Shown here: piece after piece, positions 13,938 through 57,645 of the stretch | How the letters are laid out: every line of letters starts with the position of its first letter | Position numbering within the stretch: position 1 is the stretch's first letter | Assembly: GCA_002269645.1 (NCBI GenBank) | Contig: NIVC01002446.1 | Location: 62,001 to 126,000 of the forward strand | DNA: 64,000 nt | From: Macrostomum lignano | Taxonomy: Eukaryota | Reading direction: 5' to 3' | Notes under the pieces: model-generated | Databases searched by the model: none | Told to the model about the DNA's origin: nothing | Seen by the model: the letters and a program-made list of their open reading frames with translations, nothing else | Translations under genes and position numbers: made by a program

Positions 13938-16382
13938 GGCCAGACTAAAAAGACTTGTAAATTTATTACACTTCAAATTTATGTGAATTTTGATAGGAAA
14001 CCTGCGTATTGGAAAGACATTGACCCAAGGACTTCCGTAGTTTAAGGACGCAAAATTGAAAAAATGGCGAGGCTTATTAAATCCACGAAGCTGGAACACA
14101 GTCAAGGACAACCAAAAGTTAAATTTATAAATAAAAAATTAAAGTTCTAGAGGTTCTTGCTAATTTATATATAGCTCCTGTCATAAGGACCACTCAGGCG
14201 GGAAGCTACGAGCATATTTTTACAGTCTGACTTTTCCGCGACGCTATGACCTACTAGTCAAATCTACCAGTGTAAACTGAGTTTTTTATATACTTGCCGA
14301 TAATTAAATTTATATTTAACAGTGTGTAATAGAATAGTGTGTAACGACGTTAATCTTATGTTCGCGAAATATTCAATTGCTGCTTGATATTTCAACATCA
14401 AAATAGTAAATAAATGTAAAATACAACCAATATCATCAACGTAGTTTTGTTGCAAAGAAAGGCATAAAGTAAGGCGGCATTTATTGTTTTTTATTACACA
14501 TGTTATTATATAATACGCGAGGAATTGCGATAAATAAAACCACATATATGTACTAGTTAATCCGTAATATTTAATACTGAGGAAGCCGCGGCATTAAGTG
14601 TTAATCGTAATAAAAATATTCTTGGCCGTAGCCGAACAGAGAGAGAGACACTCGCCGTAATTTAATCCGCAAAAAAGTGTTAAAACAGAATCTGCTGCTC
14701 AATAGTGCTTCAAGCGCTTTTTCGTATTTATAAGCAATAAATGTAAAATTAAAATTTTATCTAAGCGACCAGCGATTTGGAAAGGTAAAATTTAAGCGAA
14801 CAAACACGCAGGCTAAACAGGAAAGCAGGTTATACATATGTTTTTGTTATATAAATGTGTGGTTGCTTTAGCATCCGGACAAATCCATCGTTTTTAAAAA
14901 ATACAAAACGAACTAACGTACTGCTGCATAAATAAATCCGGAAAATAAAAGAAAATGTACGTCTGTAACAAATCGCGAGGACCTGCATTAGTTTCTAGCC
15001 TTAAAAAAACTTTAATAGCTTCCAGATTTAGCGGTTGAAATAAATTTACTTTGAATGTGCAACTAATTTCAATTGTAACGAGTCTACAAGGCGAGACACC
15101 AAGCGCCAAAACACGAACCAAATTTGAATATGCCAACTTATAACAAAAATACAAAAGAAGTCGCTGCACAACAAACCCCAAACCTGAAAGAGTGGAACTG
15201 TTAAGCTCCCTCAACCGAAATAATTTTTGCTACGCAGACATTATAATTACTGATCATATAGCAAAATGAAACAAGAAAAATCATATAGTCATAACGAATC
15301 AATATAGTCGAATCGAATACAAACTGAAATTTCACCCGCAGAGAGCAAATTATTTAAAATTAAAATTAAAATTAAAATAAAAAAATTTCCGAGCCATGCG
15401 TAAAATTGGTAATTACTATACAAGCATCCAGTTAGCTTAACCGAAAGTACATGTTTATAAAAATTTTATGGACTGTACACCATTGCCAGCGAGTAACTTT
15501 TATTTGACTACTGTGAGTAACGTAGTAGGGATTTGAAAAGAAAATTAGAAGCGTGTGGCTAGAAAAATCTAATTAAAAATCTCATTAAAAGCTAGAACTT
15601 TATATGCAAGTCTTGTAGGCCAGCAGTATTTGCGGATTTGGATGATCATTTGGTACACGACAACAGAAACTTATTTCACATGTATTAATAACTTCTTAAA
15701 ACAATATCTAATTTTATTTATTGGCAAATTATTTTGATTTGATTAACAGAAAAATTTAACATATACCTACCTCGTTAAACATGAGCCAAAAGGAAATCAG
15801 TACAAATTAGTTTATATATCACAAATATGGGCCTGTTTCAAACAATATACATATTTTATTTTACAAATTACGCTCGTATTTCGATCAATATAGGACTAGA
15901 AAAATCAATCCTAATTCTTTTTTAACAGTTAAAATATGTTTCATACTAAAATAACTCGTCCAATTCTTACTAGACTACTAGAGGCTTTGTGTGGCATAGA
16001 GATGTGAAGTTAAGTAAATTTGAATAGTTGCAAAACACGTCTGTGGATAGCCGTCTAGGTGTTTCCGTATTGTCTTAATTACTTTATTGCCTTCGAGTCA
16101 CTGGCCGTGCCAGTCAACTAATCGAGCCTTATGTTACTTTGCAATAAAAATCTCGATTTCTCTGAAGAGTGAAGTTTCGATGCTTTCTATCAAAAAGTCA
16201 GACACAGCTGGTAGACCCCAAGCATAGCACTACACAATATAAATATGCTCTTACAGGGTAAGGGTGTACAGTGGTCCTGACTAGAACGTTTTTTTCAAAA
16301 ATAGGCATTACTTACGACTTTCCATCAGCAACTTTTGAGAATAGGAAAGGCCATTGTAGCCCACAAAAAGCGAGTTCGTCAT

Positions 16383-47255
<30,873 letters not shown>

Positions 47256-48069
47256 GAAAGACTAAAACAAATTTTTTGTACCCAAACTTAAAATTCTATA
47301 TACTCATGGTATATGACAGTGTTTTTTTATAAGTTTAAACAGATTGGGATATATTTAACATAAATCATCTAATTATTAATAAATAATTTTATTGCTGTCG
47401 TTATCGTTGTCATGTCGTAAAATTGCCTTTTTCCAGCTTGCATCCTACGATGTAAAATTTTACTTTTTAACTTTAGCAGCAAATAACGCAAAATCTTTGT
47501 GTCGATTTTACAAGATTTCAATAACGATACTTAAAAATTACCAATCCATGCCATTAGCTGAAGTTGAAAACTGCTTTTCGGATTTCTACATCTACGGATT
47601 TCTATCTGTTTTTTTACTAAACTCTTATGAAACGATGTTCCGTTGAATTTTCGAATTTTCAAAATTGTTGACAGACTATAGTTAGCATTCTGCGACTTTC
47701 TTTCTAGAATTGTCTCAATAAAAACATGCCATTTCAATTGGTAATTTACGCACTATACACTGTATTGACACTATACATGTATGAGTGACAACAAACAACA
47801 ACAAACAACAACAAGCAACAACAGTAACAGTATTACACGCCACAGGGCACACATGATGTAGACTTGGGGTGGATAAACGACGGCGCAACAGGTCCCTCAC
47901 TCCATCGACTATGGTTCGCTCAATTAATCCAGATAAAATAAATGTGCATAACTAAGTGCTGCTCTAAAAGCCAAATCGCTTACCCATATCCACACAATGT
48001 AAGCTTGAGCTAAAACCTATGTTGAAAGTAACAACTAAGCTAGTAAAATGCAAGCAACTGAGAACTTAC

Positions 48070-48130
48070 CGACATCGCACGTGAATCGAGATCGAGTTCG
48101 ACTTGATCTACCAACTCCCAGCTGCACAAG
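48070..48130 (-). other. Candidate non-coding first exon of filamin
   Basis: Consensus donor CG|GTAAGT at 48069 upstream of the acceptor at 47262; the 5' boundary is a guess. Confidence 0.4.
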
Positions 48131-50012
48131 ATACCCCTTATAATTCTTACTTTATAAATTAAAAAACTTTGACTTTTTATATAAGTAAATTATAGCTTTA
48201 GCTGCTCTTTTCGAATCGAGCATAAATGTAACTTATCCTATAGATTAAATTCTTCCTCGCCCACTTGCTTGAACCAGGCGCGCAGCCACGGTCACTCGTT
48301 CACTCTTTCGCTAACTATACCATCGAGCTTGTCGTGGGGGGGGGGGTTGCTGCCAACCCAAGAGGTCAACGGAGGGGTGGGCTGCGGGGACAGGTAAGAT
48401 TTGGTACGTTCATTCGCTTTCCGGATGGAGGCTCTTCTGTAAAAAAGGCCAATCTTGCAATACCATTTCGTTCACCCCCCCCCAAACTTCGCAACCATCC
48501 CGATTCCAGATCGCTTCAGCAATGGACAGGTCTAGGAACTTCTTCCCCTGTCCTACCCCACCCCGACCTAGCGCCCAAATGAGGAGTTTTAGTCAGCGTC
48601 TAAGCGCTAGGGAGTCGCGGATCAATGCAGCTGCGCCCCTGTGGGCTGCAGCCCCATCCCCAGACCCAATCCCTCCGACTTGCCTTCTGCAGTTTACTCG
48701 ACTGACGGCAAACTGCAAACTGCAGCGCTGCGCCACGATACAAACACGCTGCTAAACCCCCGCTTCAGACCTTGCGGCCCCTCTTTCCTCTTTCATCCGT
48801 CTTGATCCCCTCCCAGCCGTGTCAGTAGAAACTGCGACAGAGAGGCCTCCAGCCAGCACCCCACGCCGAGGGACTCCTGCGAGAGAAGGCGAGCCCACCA
48901 ACGCGCCCGGTACAGTCAAGGCCTTTGTGCAGGGTGGTGGGGGGCAATAATTTTCGCTGACGCTGCATCCGCAACCTCTTAGCATTTACCCATTTTATAT
49001 AAGATGAATCCCTACACTGAATGCAGCTGCCTCCGTGTGCGCAAGCAGCGACAGGTCTAGTGCATCGGAGCAAATCCCCAAGCGACACAATTCCCAACCG
49101 CAGCGACGCGCAGTGGTGCCGAATCAACCGTATTTTCTGACAAATCTTTTCCTTTACAATAACTATTTTCTTACTCGCTTGCTTCCTCTCGGTAAAGAGA
49201 AATACCGCTTATCCCAATGTACAAGTTACAACAGTTTCTGTCTAGTGCAGTACAAAACAAGTCAATGAGGAAAAATGTAAACCTGCAATGCAATTTTTCG
49301 ATATTTAACGAGCTGCAAAGGACTTCTTCTGAAATTTCCTGCACTTTAAATTCAATCCTACGAGCATTACGGAACTTATCTATTTATCCCAATCAGATCT
49401 TATGTGCATACCCTGCAAGTCGTTCCTTGATGTGGCGATTAATATTTCCACGAGTACCCCCTGAAGAGCAAGACTGAACTTTCATCTTTCATACTTCAAG
49501 TGCTCTTGTCTTTTTTATTAAAGAGGCGTGGATAAGATCCGTCTCGGATCCATAATGACCCAGACAAAAATCTCAACATGAGTTCAGTTCGACAGCCATG
49601 GTCTATCGATTATCAACGAGTATTATATGTTAACTTTGGCATTGAAAAAGAATTGCCATATTCTCTGCTCCGTAGACTGTACAGTGTATGTATGTACACT
49701 AAACAAAAAGAGCAGAGTGGGGGTGGAAAACGTACGCCGTACACTGCACCGCACTCACCTGCACTGCGCAACCCTCATTCCCAAGACTCAGAGTAGAGAA
49801 AGACATTCTAGCAGTGTACACTTAGCCCCTCCCTCTCTCCCTGCATACCTCGGTTGCCATTGCCAACACCGTCTGGAAGCCCGCCAATTTAAAGAGAACT
49901 CTAGCTTTACACATCGAAGCCACATACAGTTCTGCGTGTTGGTACTGAGCAAAGCTTGGACTCGTAGCAGGCATTTTACTGCATTAGTTTGATCTCAGAT
50001 TAGTAGAAAACT

Positions 50013-50306
50013 ATGACGGACGTCGATGAAACGCTGAAGCGAATCCAGAGCCACAAGGGTGTGCAGGGAGTTATCATCTGCAACGAGAGCGGCATCCCGA
50101 TCAAGACCAACATGGACAACTCGACCACCACCCAGTACTGCAGCTCCATGGTTCGCCTGACTGAGCGAGCTCGCAGCGCCGTCCGGGATCTGGACCCGAC
50201 TAACGATTTGACATTTCTGCGCATCCGCTCCAAGAAGAACGAGATCATGGTTGCGCCAGAGAATGACTACTTGGTCATTGTCATTCAGCAGGGCGAGAAT
50301 CTGTGA
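50013..50306 (+). CDS. DYNLRB: Dynein light chain roadblock-type (LC7), 97 aa
   Basis: [20 protein letters not shown]...GIPIKT...[30 protein letters not shown] is the highly conserved roadblock sequence; acceptor-like CTCAG just upstream of the ATG. Confidence 0.97.
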   Translation: MTDVDETLKRIQSHKGVQGVIICNESGIPIKTNMDNSTTTQYCSSMVRLTERARSAVRDLDPTNDLTFLRIRSKKNEIMVAPENDYLVIVIQQGENL

Positions 50307-50962
50307 AGCAGAAAGAGATCTTCTTGCTTCGGTTATAATTTAAACCTTTTTGAACTTTCGCTACTAAAACTTATTCTTTTGCGAAATTTATCGCTGTTGT
50401 AATAGTACAAATGTTTGTGATGAATGAAATTATTTTTGATTAAGGGGCTCTTGTTTCAATTTTGAGCTCAATTTAAAAACAATGTAGGCTGCATCTTTAA
50501 GTACCTGCCAGTTATAAGGTGTCGTTTAGTGCTTCTTTTGCTACATGTTTACAGCATGTCTACTATAGAGCCTATCATTTTGTTTTTGAATTGGTATGTG
50601 AATTAACTAATTTGAATACAAAGCTGAAATAATTTGAAAAGGTTATCAAAGCTTGTTTTTATCCCTTTACTTTCGTATTGTAACGTTCTTCTCTGTTTCA
50701 CTAATTTAAGAATGAATGTGGTTTTTTATTTTAAATCAATTTTTAACATCCCTGCGGCCTAAGAGAATGCAGATTGCAGAAGCATGTTTCAAAGAAAGAT
50801 GTTCCGCTACAATTAGGGAATTTTAAGGGCTTAATTATTCCTCCATTAGTTTTTATAAGAAATGTTTAATACACGACAAAAGTTGGAGATAGAAGAGAGC
50901 GCTTCCTTTTGATCAGCAACGACAAAATACACCTTTCGCAGGCCCGAGTGGCCACAATGGCC

Positions 50963-51134
50963 CAAGCGCGGATCCAGAAAATTTTTGAGGGGGGGGGGCA
51001 AGCTATACGAAGCACTACAACCCCATATTAGAAAAAAGACCTGGCATAGTAGCAGGCCAAAAAAGTATGATCAAAATTTCTTTGGCCGCGGCTGAGGGGG
51101 GGGGCATGGCACGCACGCCTTTTGGTACGCACTT
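50963..51134. mobile_element. Possible short MITE (GCGGATCC...poly-G type)
   Basis: CAAGCGCGGATCC...G-run...G-run...GGTACGCACTT with imperfect inverted ends. Confidence 0.3.
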
Positions 51135-52216
51135 CTTAAAAGTCAGCTCCCTCCGTCAGAGTGAATCAGTACGGGGGCATATCATTTATTTCGCATCCCT
51201 CAGAAGCAGCTGAAGCATCTCAGAGGTAGCGCGTCGTTCGTCCTTGGCCTCATCTCTGCGGCCGTACACAACGGCCTTAACAACAAGCCCTGCGCGGTCG
51301 TCTGACTCTCCCGACTGGATGACTTGGCCAACCAGCTTGATAAAGACTGGGAAATACTGTTAAAGGAATAAAAAACGCTTTGTTTCAATTTGGTAAATTA
51401 TGCGAAAAGTAATAATTAAAGCTTCAGAGATAGGATGGGATTCCCGCGCCGATCCTGATGCTGATTCCGAATCCTGGCATCCCGGAACTTTAATCTTGAA
51501 TGCCGGCGTTCTGACAAAAATGTGAATTCCAATGCCACCCGACCTCTAGTCAGCTTTTTGGATCTAGCTCGTACTTTAAGGGAAACTTTTTGAGATTCTG
51601 GTCCAATGGTAATTTTCTAATTACATACTCAGTCTCAGAGTCCAGTTCCATGCAATCACAGATAACTTCTTGATATTTGGAAGCTAGTGTTACGTATATA
51701 AGTATAGGTTTTTAAGGAAGAATCAGTGATTTCATCTTTCGTTAAAGTTGTTGAGTTTATCCTGATGATAATCTCGATAGCTCATAAAGGCTATAGCTGC
51801 AAGTTCGACGTGCATTAAAATTGTACAACATGAATATTAATTTTAAATTTAGCGCATAACTCATTTATTGTAGTTAAACAAAAATAAAAAATAAGTACGT
51901 GAATATGTGATAGTATCATGCTATTAAATTATTTAGTACTACATTAAATCTTCAACTAGTTTTAATTTTACTTTATAAGTTTCCTATAGACCCAAAATAA
52001 AACCTTTTTCACACGAACGCGACTTGCGCGCTATGAATATCTTTCAACAATGGAGTGGATGGAGTGTAGACTATAGGAAACTAAAGTGTTTGAGCAGGTT
52101 ACAGATCGACTTAACATTAAGTCCTAAACCATGTTAACTTAACCTTGTCAGACAATCAGTACAGTATGGAACAATTTTTTTTCACTTTAGAAACATTTAT
52201 TTAGCCGAATATTAAA

Positions 52217-52762
52217 TAGGGCCTATTGAATTGTCCATTGTCGATATCTCGATAATAAATCATCAAATATTAGTAGGCCCTAACTTTTAATTTTTAGAAC
52301 TAAGTGTCACGAATGTTACATTATCAATTAATGGATGACAATTTATATGTCTATTTTAACAAGTGAAGGCATATTCAGGCCTATAATTTATTTGTGCTAG
52401 TTGGCTCTGTAGGCCTAATCAAAAAAATTACAGTTGTCTATTAATTTTTTTCTGAGTAATGCTCAGGCGTAAGTTAAGTCCCTTGAAATAGCTATCCTTA
52501 CTGAAAATAGTGTGTATAATAATTTCCATAGTCAAAATAATTTAATAAATAGAACTAGGCCTAGACAAATCTGAATTTGTCTCTTTTTATTAGAATATTC
52601 ATTTGCACCCTGGTTTTTTTTTCTAGCAAATTTAGGCCCCACCAACCAACAAAACATTTTTAGTATATAGATTATTAGACCAAATATATTTTTATCAAAT
52701 AATTTCTGTATGTCAGATTTAGGCCTATCTAGTTTCAAATGTCTAAATTTCAATAGGGCCTA
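52217..52762. mobile_element. Possible MITE, 14-bp imperfect TIR
   Basis: TAGGGCCTATTGAA at 52217, TTCAATAGGGCCTA ending at 52762. Confidence 0.35.
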
Positions 52763-52884
52763 GTCGTATACTAGTCCCATTCCATATTCCAGATCATATA
52801 GTATATGCCTGAAAATTTTGGCATGCATTAGCCTTGCATGCCAAAAGTAGACATGCATACGTGGCATGCACTTTATAAAATTGG

Positions 52885-53420
52885 TGTAAATTTACTTTTG
52901 TTCGCAAAAATTTTTTTCTTTTAAAATAGTGCCAATGACATGAAATGACAAATGGGAGTTGTCTATAGCCCATATTAGCCACGTAGAGTTGTTTGGGGCA
53001 CAAAAATTTGGCTGAGTTTTATTGAGCCCTCACTATAGTTTGGACTTTACAGACTTCGAGACTCTTCTAATTTGCAAATGGCTGGACAGCCCCCAAGACC
53101 ATTGTGGATTGTGCCACTGAATGAAGTTCTGCCAGCACAGGCATTGATGGAACTAAATATGAATTCAAGGGATCTGATAGAAGTGACGGCAAATATTGAT
53201 GAGACTATGTGGTGGCTTGCTCGTCATGGACTATTGGCCAACCAACAGACGTGCCCATGTGCCGGGCATACACCGATGAATCTCCAGTACCGCAATGGAG
53301 AGGAATTCATTGATGGCTACACTTGGGACTAGTACGGGCCATAGACAACTCCCATTTGTCATTTCGCATCATTGGCACCATTTTAAAAGAAGAAAAATTC
53401 CCAAACAAAAGTAAATTTAC
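52885..53420 (+). mobile_element. Non-autonomous Merlin (ISXO2/IS1595-like) derivative: transposase N-terminus between inverted repeats of about 90 bp
   Basis: ORF from ATG 53078: ...MWWLARHGLLANQQTCPC..PMNL....DGYTW, like the Merlin N-terminal Zn-ribbon region. 52885-52975 is the reverse complement of 53335-53420 (e.g. ATGACAAATGGGAGTTGTCTAT / ATAGACAACTCCCATTTGTCAT). Confidence 0.6.
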
Positions 53421-54399
53421 ATCATAAAATCATGCAAAAAAATTATTATAAAGTAGAAAAAAGATAAAAAAAATCATTTTTAAACATAAATTTAAAGCAT
53501 TCCAGGTTTTTATGCTTGTAATAAAGTATTTAAACAAATCTTGCATGTATAAATTTTTCACTGGGAATATTATTGCTAAAAAGCAAAAAAATCAACCAAA
53601 TTACTTATTGAAAGGGTCTATTATGCAATTAAAAAAGGTCATTTATTTTCATAGCATAAAAAAGATAATTTATTATCACAACACCGATGCAGTCTTGAGA
53701 ATTGGCGTGCATTTGTAATTCAATTTTTGTTTAGGCATATACCTAGCATAATATAGACTATAGGTCCCATTTAAATAAAAAATCACATTTTTAGTATATT
53801 GGATTTAAACACAAAATTAAAAAATATAAAATTACTTTGAAAAAGTTCTATATTTTTTTCTTTGTTGGTATTAGTTTTGGTTTTTTTTTAAAAATTATCT
53901 AAGGGATAAGAACAGATATAAAAAATGAATAAGCTTGCTTTACTAATACTAAGCCATTCTAACACTTATTTTGTAGTATATGTAGTCAAAATTATTATAG
54001 TTACTATATATAGCAATGTTTTTGTTTCCCAACTAAAAGCTTATTTGGCTTTTTAATTTATTTTTCCAAAAATATATATTAGAAAAATTAATTAAAGCCT
54101 ATTTCAATTGCCATAATGCTATTAATAGTTAATCAATTTTGAAATTGATTATGCCTTGATATATTCTAGACCTAGTCTAGACTTAGACTTAGACTAGACT
54201 TATATATGTAACTATAAGCAAGAATGCAAGCATAAGCCTGCTTGCTTACATAGGAAATCGAAAGAATATTAGCATCATAATTAATAGTTAGGCTTGCACA
54301 TTAGTATATAGTTGTTATTCTTTTATATACTTTCTTTCTTTATCTTTATTTGTTATTCTTCTCTTGCCTACTTTTGCTATTCTAATTAACCTCAATGGT

Positions 54400-54765
54400 A
54401 TCCAGTCAATCTGGCAACAAGATGATCTAGCGATAGACAATTTGAGAACAAGGTATACTACAAGTAAAAGCTATTTAATCCACTAACATTTATATAGATT
54501 ATTAGAGCTATACTAGGCCTATTATTATTTTTAATACTAATAAATTTTTCAAACTTTTATCTACCCAGAATTTGTGTTAAACTAAATGGAAGAGTTATGA
54601 CTATATGATGTATTTGAATTACTCTAGTAACTTAAATTAGGATTGATGTATCCTAGATTAGAACAAGAGCATTGCATGCATGTATAAAACATTAGATGCA
54701 GTCCAAAGATCCAAAAAATCTACAAAAAACTGTTGCTAGATTGTCTTGTTGCCAGATTGACTGGA
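54400..54765. mobile_element. Old MITE-like element with inverted repeats of about 30 bp
   Basis: TCCAGTCAATCTGGCAACAAGATGATCTAGC vs GCTAGATTGTCTTGTTGCCAGATTGACTGGA. Confidence 0.55.
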
Positions 54766-57006
54766 AGCCAAACTCAATTAGCTATTTTATTTTAGGCTTC
54801 TAAGCCACTACCAATTAGGTTTGGTCCAATTGTGACCATATATGCAATGGCCAAATATGGCTTAGTCAGGTCTTAATAGTAAGTAAGAAGTAAAATATAA
54901 ACTCAAAAAGTTTATTCAGCTACTTCATTAAGTTATTGGTTAGCCACTAAAAACTATTATTGTTCAGATTGCCAACCATATGGGATGCAGCATGTACTAA
55001 TGCCCTAGTTTTGGTAGTAGTAATTTGCATTGGTTAAGCATAATCATGTGTAGCTCAATTAACTATAATGATAGTAATTATAAATTTGGCAACCCCTTTG
55101 CATAGTTTTCTTAAAATTGAAGTCCTCTCTAAGTAGATAGTCAAGGTTGACAAAGTGAAGAGCTTGGAGAACCTTGTTCTGCAATTGCAGTTATAAAAAA
55201 GTTTTTGTATATTTATATTATGTTTTTGTAGAATCCAATGCTATTGGCTAGTAATAGTGTATCTATAGTCTCATAGGTTTTCTACCTCTGATACCATGTT
55301 ATAGGATGCATATGAATGTTGTATTAAGGCATAGCCATCACTGCTATGCTCAGTGTGTATGCAGCTCATGTATTTAGCATAATAAAGACAAGGGAATATC
55401 AAGGCCATAGACAAATTTGGTCTATCTACAGTAGCCACTAATCACTACATTTAAATTTTTTCATTTCTAGTTGATTACTTCATTGGTATAATCAATGAGG
55501 TCTAATAAAGAGTTTTTCTTATTGACAATGTCTTCTTGGATAAAGTATGTTAGGATATAGTTGCAGAGGTTGTCCAATGACAATAAAAGAAGGTAGACCT
55601 GAGTAGACTTATGTAGCCCTAAATATAAAAGGCAATTGTGGGTAGCAAAGCAGTATGAGTAGTATTGTTAAATTGTTATATGAAAAGAATAAAAAGTTCA
55701 TTATTACCAACACCAAGCAAATGAGTTTGATGCAAGTTTTTAGGTTTTTTATTTAGTTATAAACTTTAAAGACAAGATACTAATAATTACTATTAATAAT
55801 AAATAGGTAAAAGAATATATGCCTTTTGCTCAAAGTTGCTCATTGCTCAATTTTTATATATGGCTTATATATTCTATATCTATCCATTATATCTATAAAT
55901 TTAGCATAACATAAATCATCTAAGCATTAGAAAAAAATACTACAAAGACAATATTATTTATTTTTTATCCTTATAATTATAAATAAACTTTTATTTGCTG
56001 AAGTGACATACCTGCTTGAAGGCTTTGTTAAGACTTAAACAAAAATATTTGTTATGTCATCTAGAAGTCCTTGTCTTGCCAGAAGTGTCTAACAGCTTTA
56101 TCATATATTGGATAGTATTGTGCATATGGTGCAGGCTATACCTACCTACCAACATTGATCAGGTATGATAGCTCCTCTTTTAGTTTAGCAAATAGACTAT
56201 TATTTTGACCTTGGAATAAAAAGTTGCATACATTAAACATTGCATAAGAAGATATCACACCATTCACATATAATATTACAATTTTATAAAAACTAGTAAA
56301 TTTTAAATGTGTTCTAAAATGTTTAGAATTTTTTTCACCCCATTGGCTTTTACTTAGGCTATCCCTTTATGTGGACCTAGTTATAATTTGCTCTATTTTT
56401 TGCCTTCATTTTATACCTATAAAAATGGTATATTAGATTTGTATCTAACTTTTAACAGATAATCTATGTTCTTAGTAGTCTAGATTAACCAAAAGTTATT
56501 AGGCCTAATTTTATTTTTTATTAATTGCTTTTTAGACAAATTCTATTATTCTATTATGGCTACTTATGTTGCTAATCAATAACTAGACTAGCTGATTACC
56601 TTTAAATTTTAGGTCTACAAGCTAATCAGTTGGCAATTTGTAATTGAAAATCTAAAATTCTAATATTATAATTGAGCTAGTTGCAATATGCAACTACTTT
56701 TTTGCAAAAAAATCAAATATTTTGTAGCCTTGGATGCAAAATATTAATGATAATTTCTTACAAAAAGACCCAGCTTATAACCTAAGTTAGTGTAAGTTAG
56801 ACCTAGCAATAATTAAGAAATTAGTAGTTACATAGGTACAATGTATGCTAATTAACATCTCAGAGGTTGGATTAGATAAAAAAATTTGGAAATAAGCAGG
56901 ATTTTTTAAGATCTTGGGGATTTTGGATAGCAGGAGTGAGATTGGGTTCCAATCCTACCTTCCCATAGTTCCTTCTGACACTTTGGACTCTTTATGTTCA
57001 TGATGG
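54433..57006. other. CpG-free block (2574 bp)
   Basis: Manual scan found no CG dinucleotide between 54432 and 57007. Confidence 0.85.
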
Positions 57007-57645
57007 CGTCAACGTTGGATGTCCACACATTGACATTGACCACATTGACTCAGATGGGAAAGTGGTCTTTTAGCAGCTTTTCAGCCTCTTTCGGTGATTG
57101 TTCGGTGAGTTGTTGAACATCGGTTTCCAGTCCTCCCATCTTAGCGCCGGAGTCCCTGGACTCGACAGAAACAAGGCAGGTAATGCGATGCTGACTTTGG
57201 TTCGAACTCTGCGGTCAGTTTCGACTCGTCAGGCCTAGATATCAGATTCTATCCTGCTCGCGACGCCAAATGTGTTCTAACTGTGTAGGGCGCAAAATAG
57301 GCAGCCAGAGGCCGGTTCTTCTTGACAATGTCTTTGGACACAAAAGCTTTGTTCCCCATTTGGGAACAAAGTACATGCTTTTAGTTCCAGGCCCTCAGGC
57401 CATAACAGGTTCAGACAGTACGTCTGGGGGGGCGCAGGGAAACGCAGATGCGGACTGAGACTCACTGACTCCTACTGCTTTAAACGTTACACAGCAACAC
57501 AGTCACATCACTTATGCCACATCATATGCATAATTTAGCATCGCAACTGCATTGCAGCTCAAGGTCGTGCAACTCGCAGCACTAGCGCCCAATCTGGACC
57601 CTTTCTCTCTGACCCTTCCCCATTGCCCGGCCTCTGTGACCCCGC

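Noticed and set aside
14894-15214. 106-aa minus ORF as a hAT transposase remnant
   Set aside because: Only vague resemblance and no diagnostic motif
48140-48160. TATA box for filamin
   Set aside because: TATAAA-like words are frequent in this AT-rich stretch and there is no start-site evidence
54433-57006. RIP-like (CpA to TpA) mutation as the cause of the AT-rich block
   Set aside because: CA and TG dinucleotides remain abundant; the specific loss is CpG
57050-57140. Short minus ORF MGGLETDVQQLTEQSPKEAEKLLKDHFPI as a divergent gene start
   Set aside because: It stops after 29 codons and no downstream exon chain could be built; kept only as a hint under the CpG-free finding
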